64,000 nucleotides of DNA from Amphiscolops sp. MND2022 (taxonomy: Eukaryota). The stretch is taken from positions 62,992,001 through 63,056,000 of the forward strand of contig OZ076413.1 of NCBI GenBank assembly GCA_964187785.1, in the 5' to 3' direction. Shown piece after piece: positions 63,221 to 64,000 of this stretch. Numbering within the stretch: position 1 is the stretch's first letter; each line of letters opens with the position of its first letter. The notes under the pieces are model-generated. The model was not told where the DNA came from and did no database searches. It saw only the letters and a program-made list of their open reading frames with translations. The translations under genes were made by a program, and so were the position numbers.

Positions 63221-64000
63221 CAAGCCGGGAACGGCCAAAGTTGGCGCTACACCTAAGGCTAAAAAAGCGCAAACTTTTAAAAATATGTTCAAGAAGTATT
63301 TTCTGAAAAACTCACAAAAAAGTTCGAAACACCCAAAGGGTGCCTTTAGTGCTCGGAAAATGCTTCAGAATTTCGTATATAGTGTGCTGCGACAAATGCG
63401 AGCGCTTTTTTCGAACATCGGCTTTCTCCTTAGTAAAACGAAATTTACGTAGTCATATAACGCCTATATCGAATATAACGTCAAAATTTGGATATAGCAC
63501 AAAATCTTCGATCCTCCGCTTCCTCCTCAGTAAAAAGCTAAATACTTCGTATATAACGTCCAAAGTTCAGATATAGCGTGCGGGGACAAATGGTAGCGCT
63601 TATTTTCGAAGATCTGCCTCCTCCGCAAAAATACACAATATAGTTCGGACATAACGTCAAAAATTCGGATATACTACAATATTTTTGAACCTCCACCTCC
63701 AAAATTCGGACAGTAATGAAACAAATATTGCTGGATATTTATTGAGAAAACCTAATACCAGACCTAAATGTTGTGCTTTATGTTGAAAAAAGGGGGACAC
63801 TTCGGGATTTTCTAACATCCGTTCTGTTGTAACACATCAAAAAAGTTTCGAAAAACAAGTCTGTTAGTGCCGGAAAAATATCGAAGTTAGAAACACAAAG
63901 ATAGCCACAGGGAGGATCCTTACCATGTTTTCGAGGTCCTGAACATCAGTTTTGTTTTAGAAGAGGTTCTGACGTTTCCAGTTCATTTTGGACATCCGTA
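63221..64000 (-). repeat. Helitron-like terminus plus internal repeats; related to 28200-28980 and 29571-29800
   Basis: CAAGCCGGGAACGGCCAAAGTTGGCGC terminus, ATAACGTCAAAATTTGGATATAG-type units, similarity to 28555-28795. Confidence 0.55.

Overview
AT-rich eukaryotic (animal) repeat-dense DNA made almost entirely of nested mobile elements. No intact host gene, rRNA, tRNA or CRISPR array was recognised. The short GT-AG introns and repeat style resemble acoel flatworm genomes, but that is a low-confidence guess. (1) 286-12610: a tandemly duplicated block of Gypsy LTR fragments, CACTA-like MITEs and a solo LTR. (2) 10059-27155: a full-length 17.1-kb Ty3/Gypsy element with ~1.9-kb LTRs and a 5-bp TSD (ATCAG). 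Its gag starts inside the LTR and pol is reached by a -1 slippery site. Its 7-kb 3' region holds a sense ORF3 and an antisense, four-intron gene encoding a Zn-finger protein that may derive from a hAT transposase. Arrays of a spaced palindrome (TATGCGG-N14-C[A/C]GCAT) occur at three places in the element. This antisense gene plus motif arrays is the best candidate for an undescribed system. (3) 27156-42100: Helitron-like ends, a decayed BEL/Pao element, LINE fragments and an SGNH-like remnant. (4) ~42167-62550: a decayed ~20-kb Polinton/Maverick endogenous virus with pPolB, integrase, packaging ATPase, major and minor capsid, adenain-like protease, a PLA2-like protein and several unusual accessory ORFs. 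All family assignments rest on motifs read by eye; no database searches were run.
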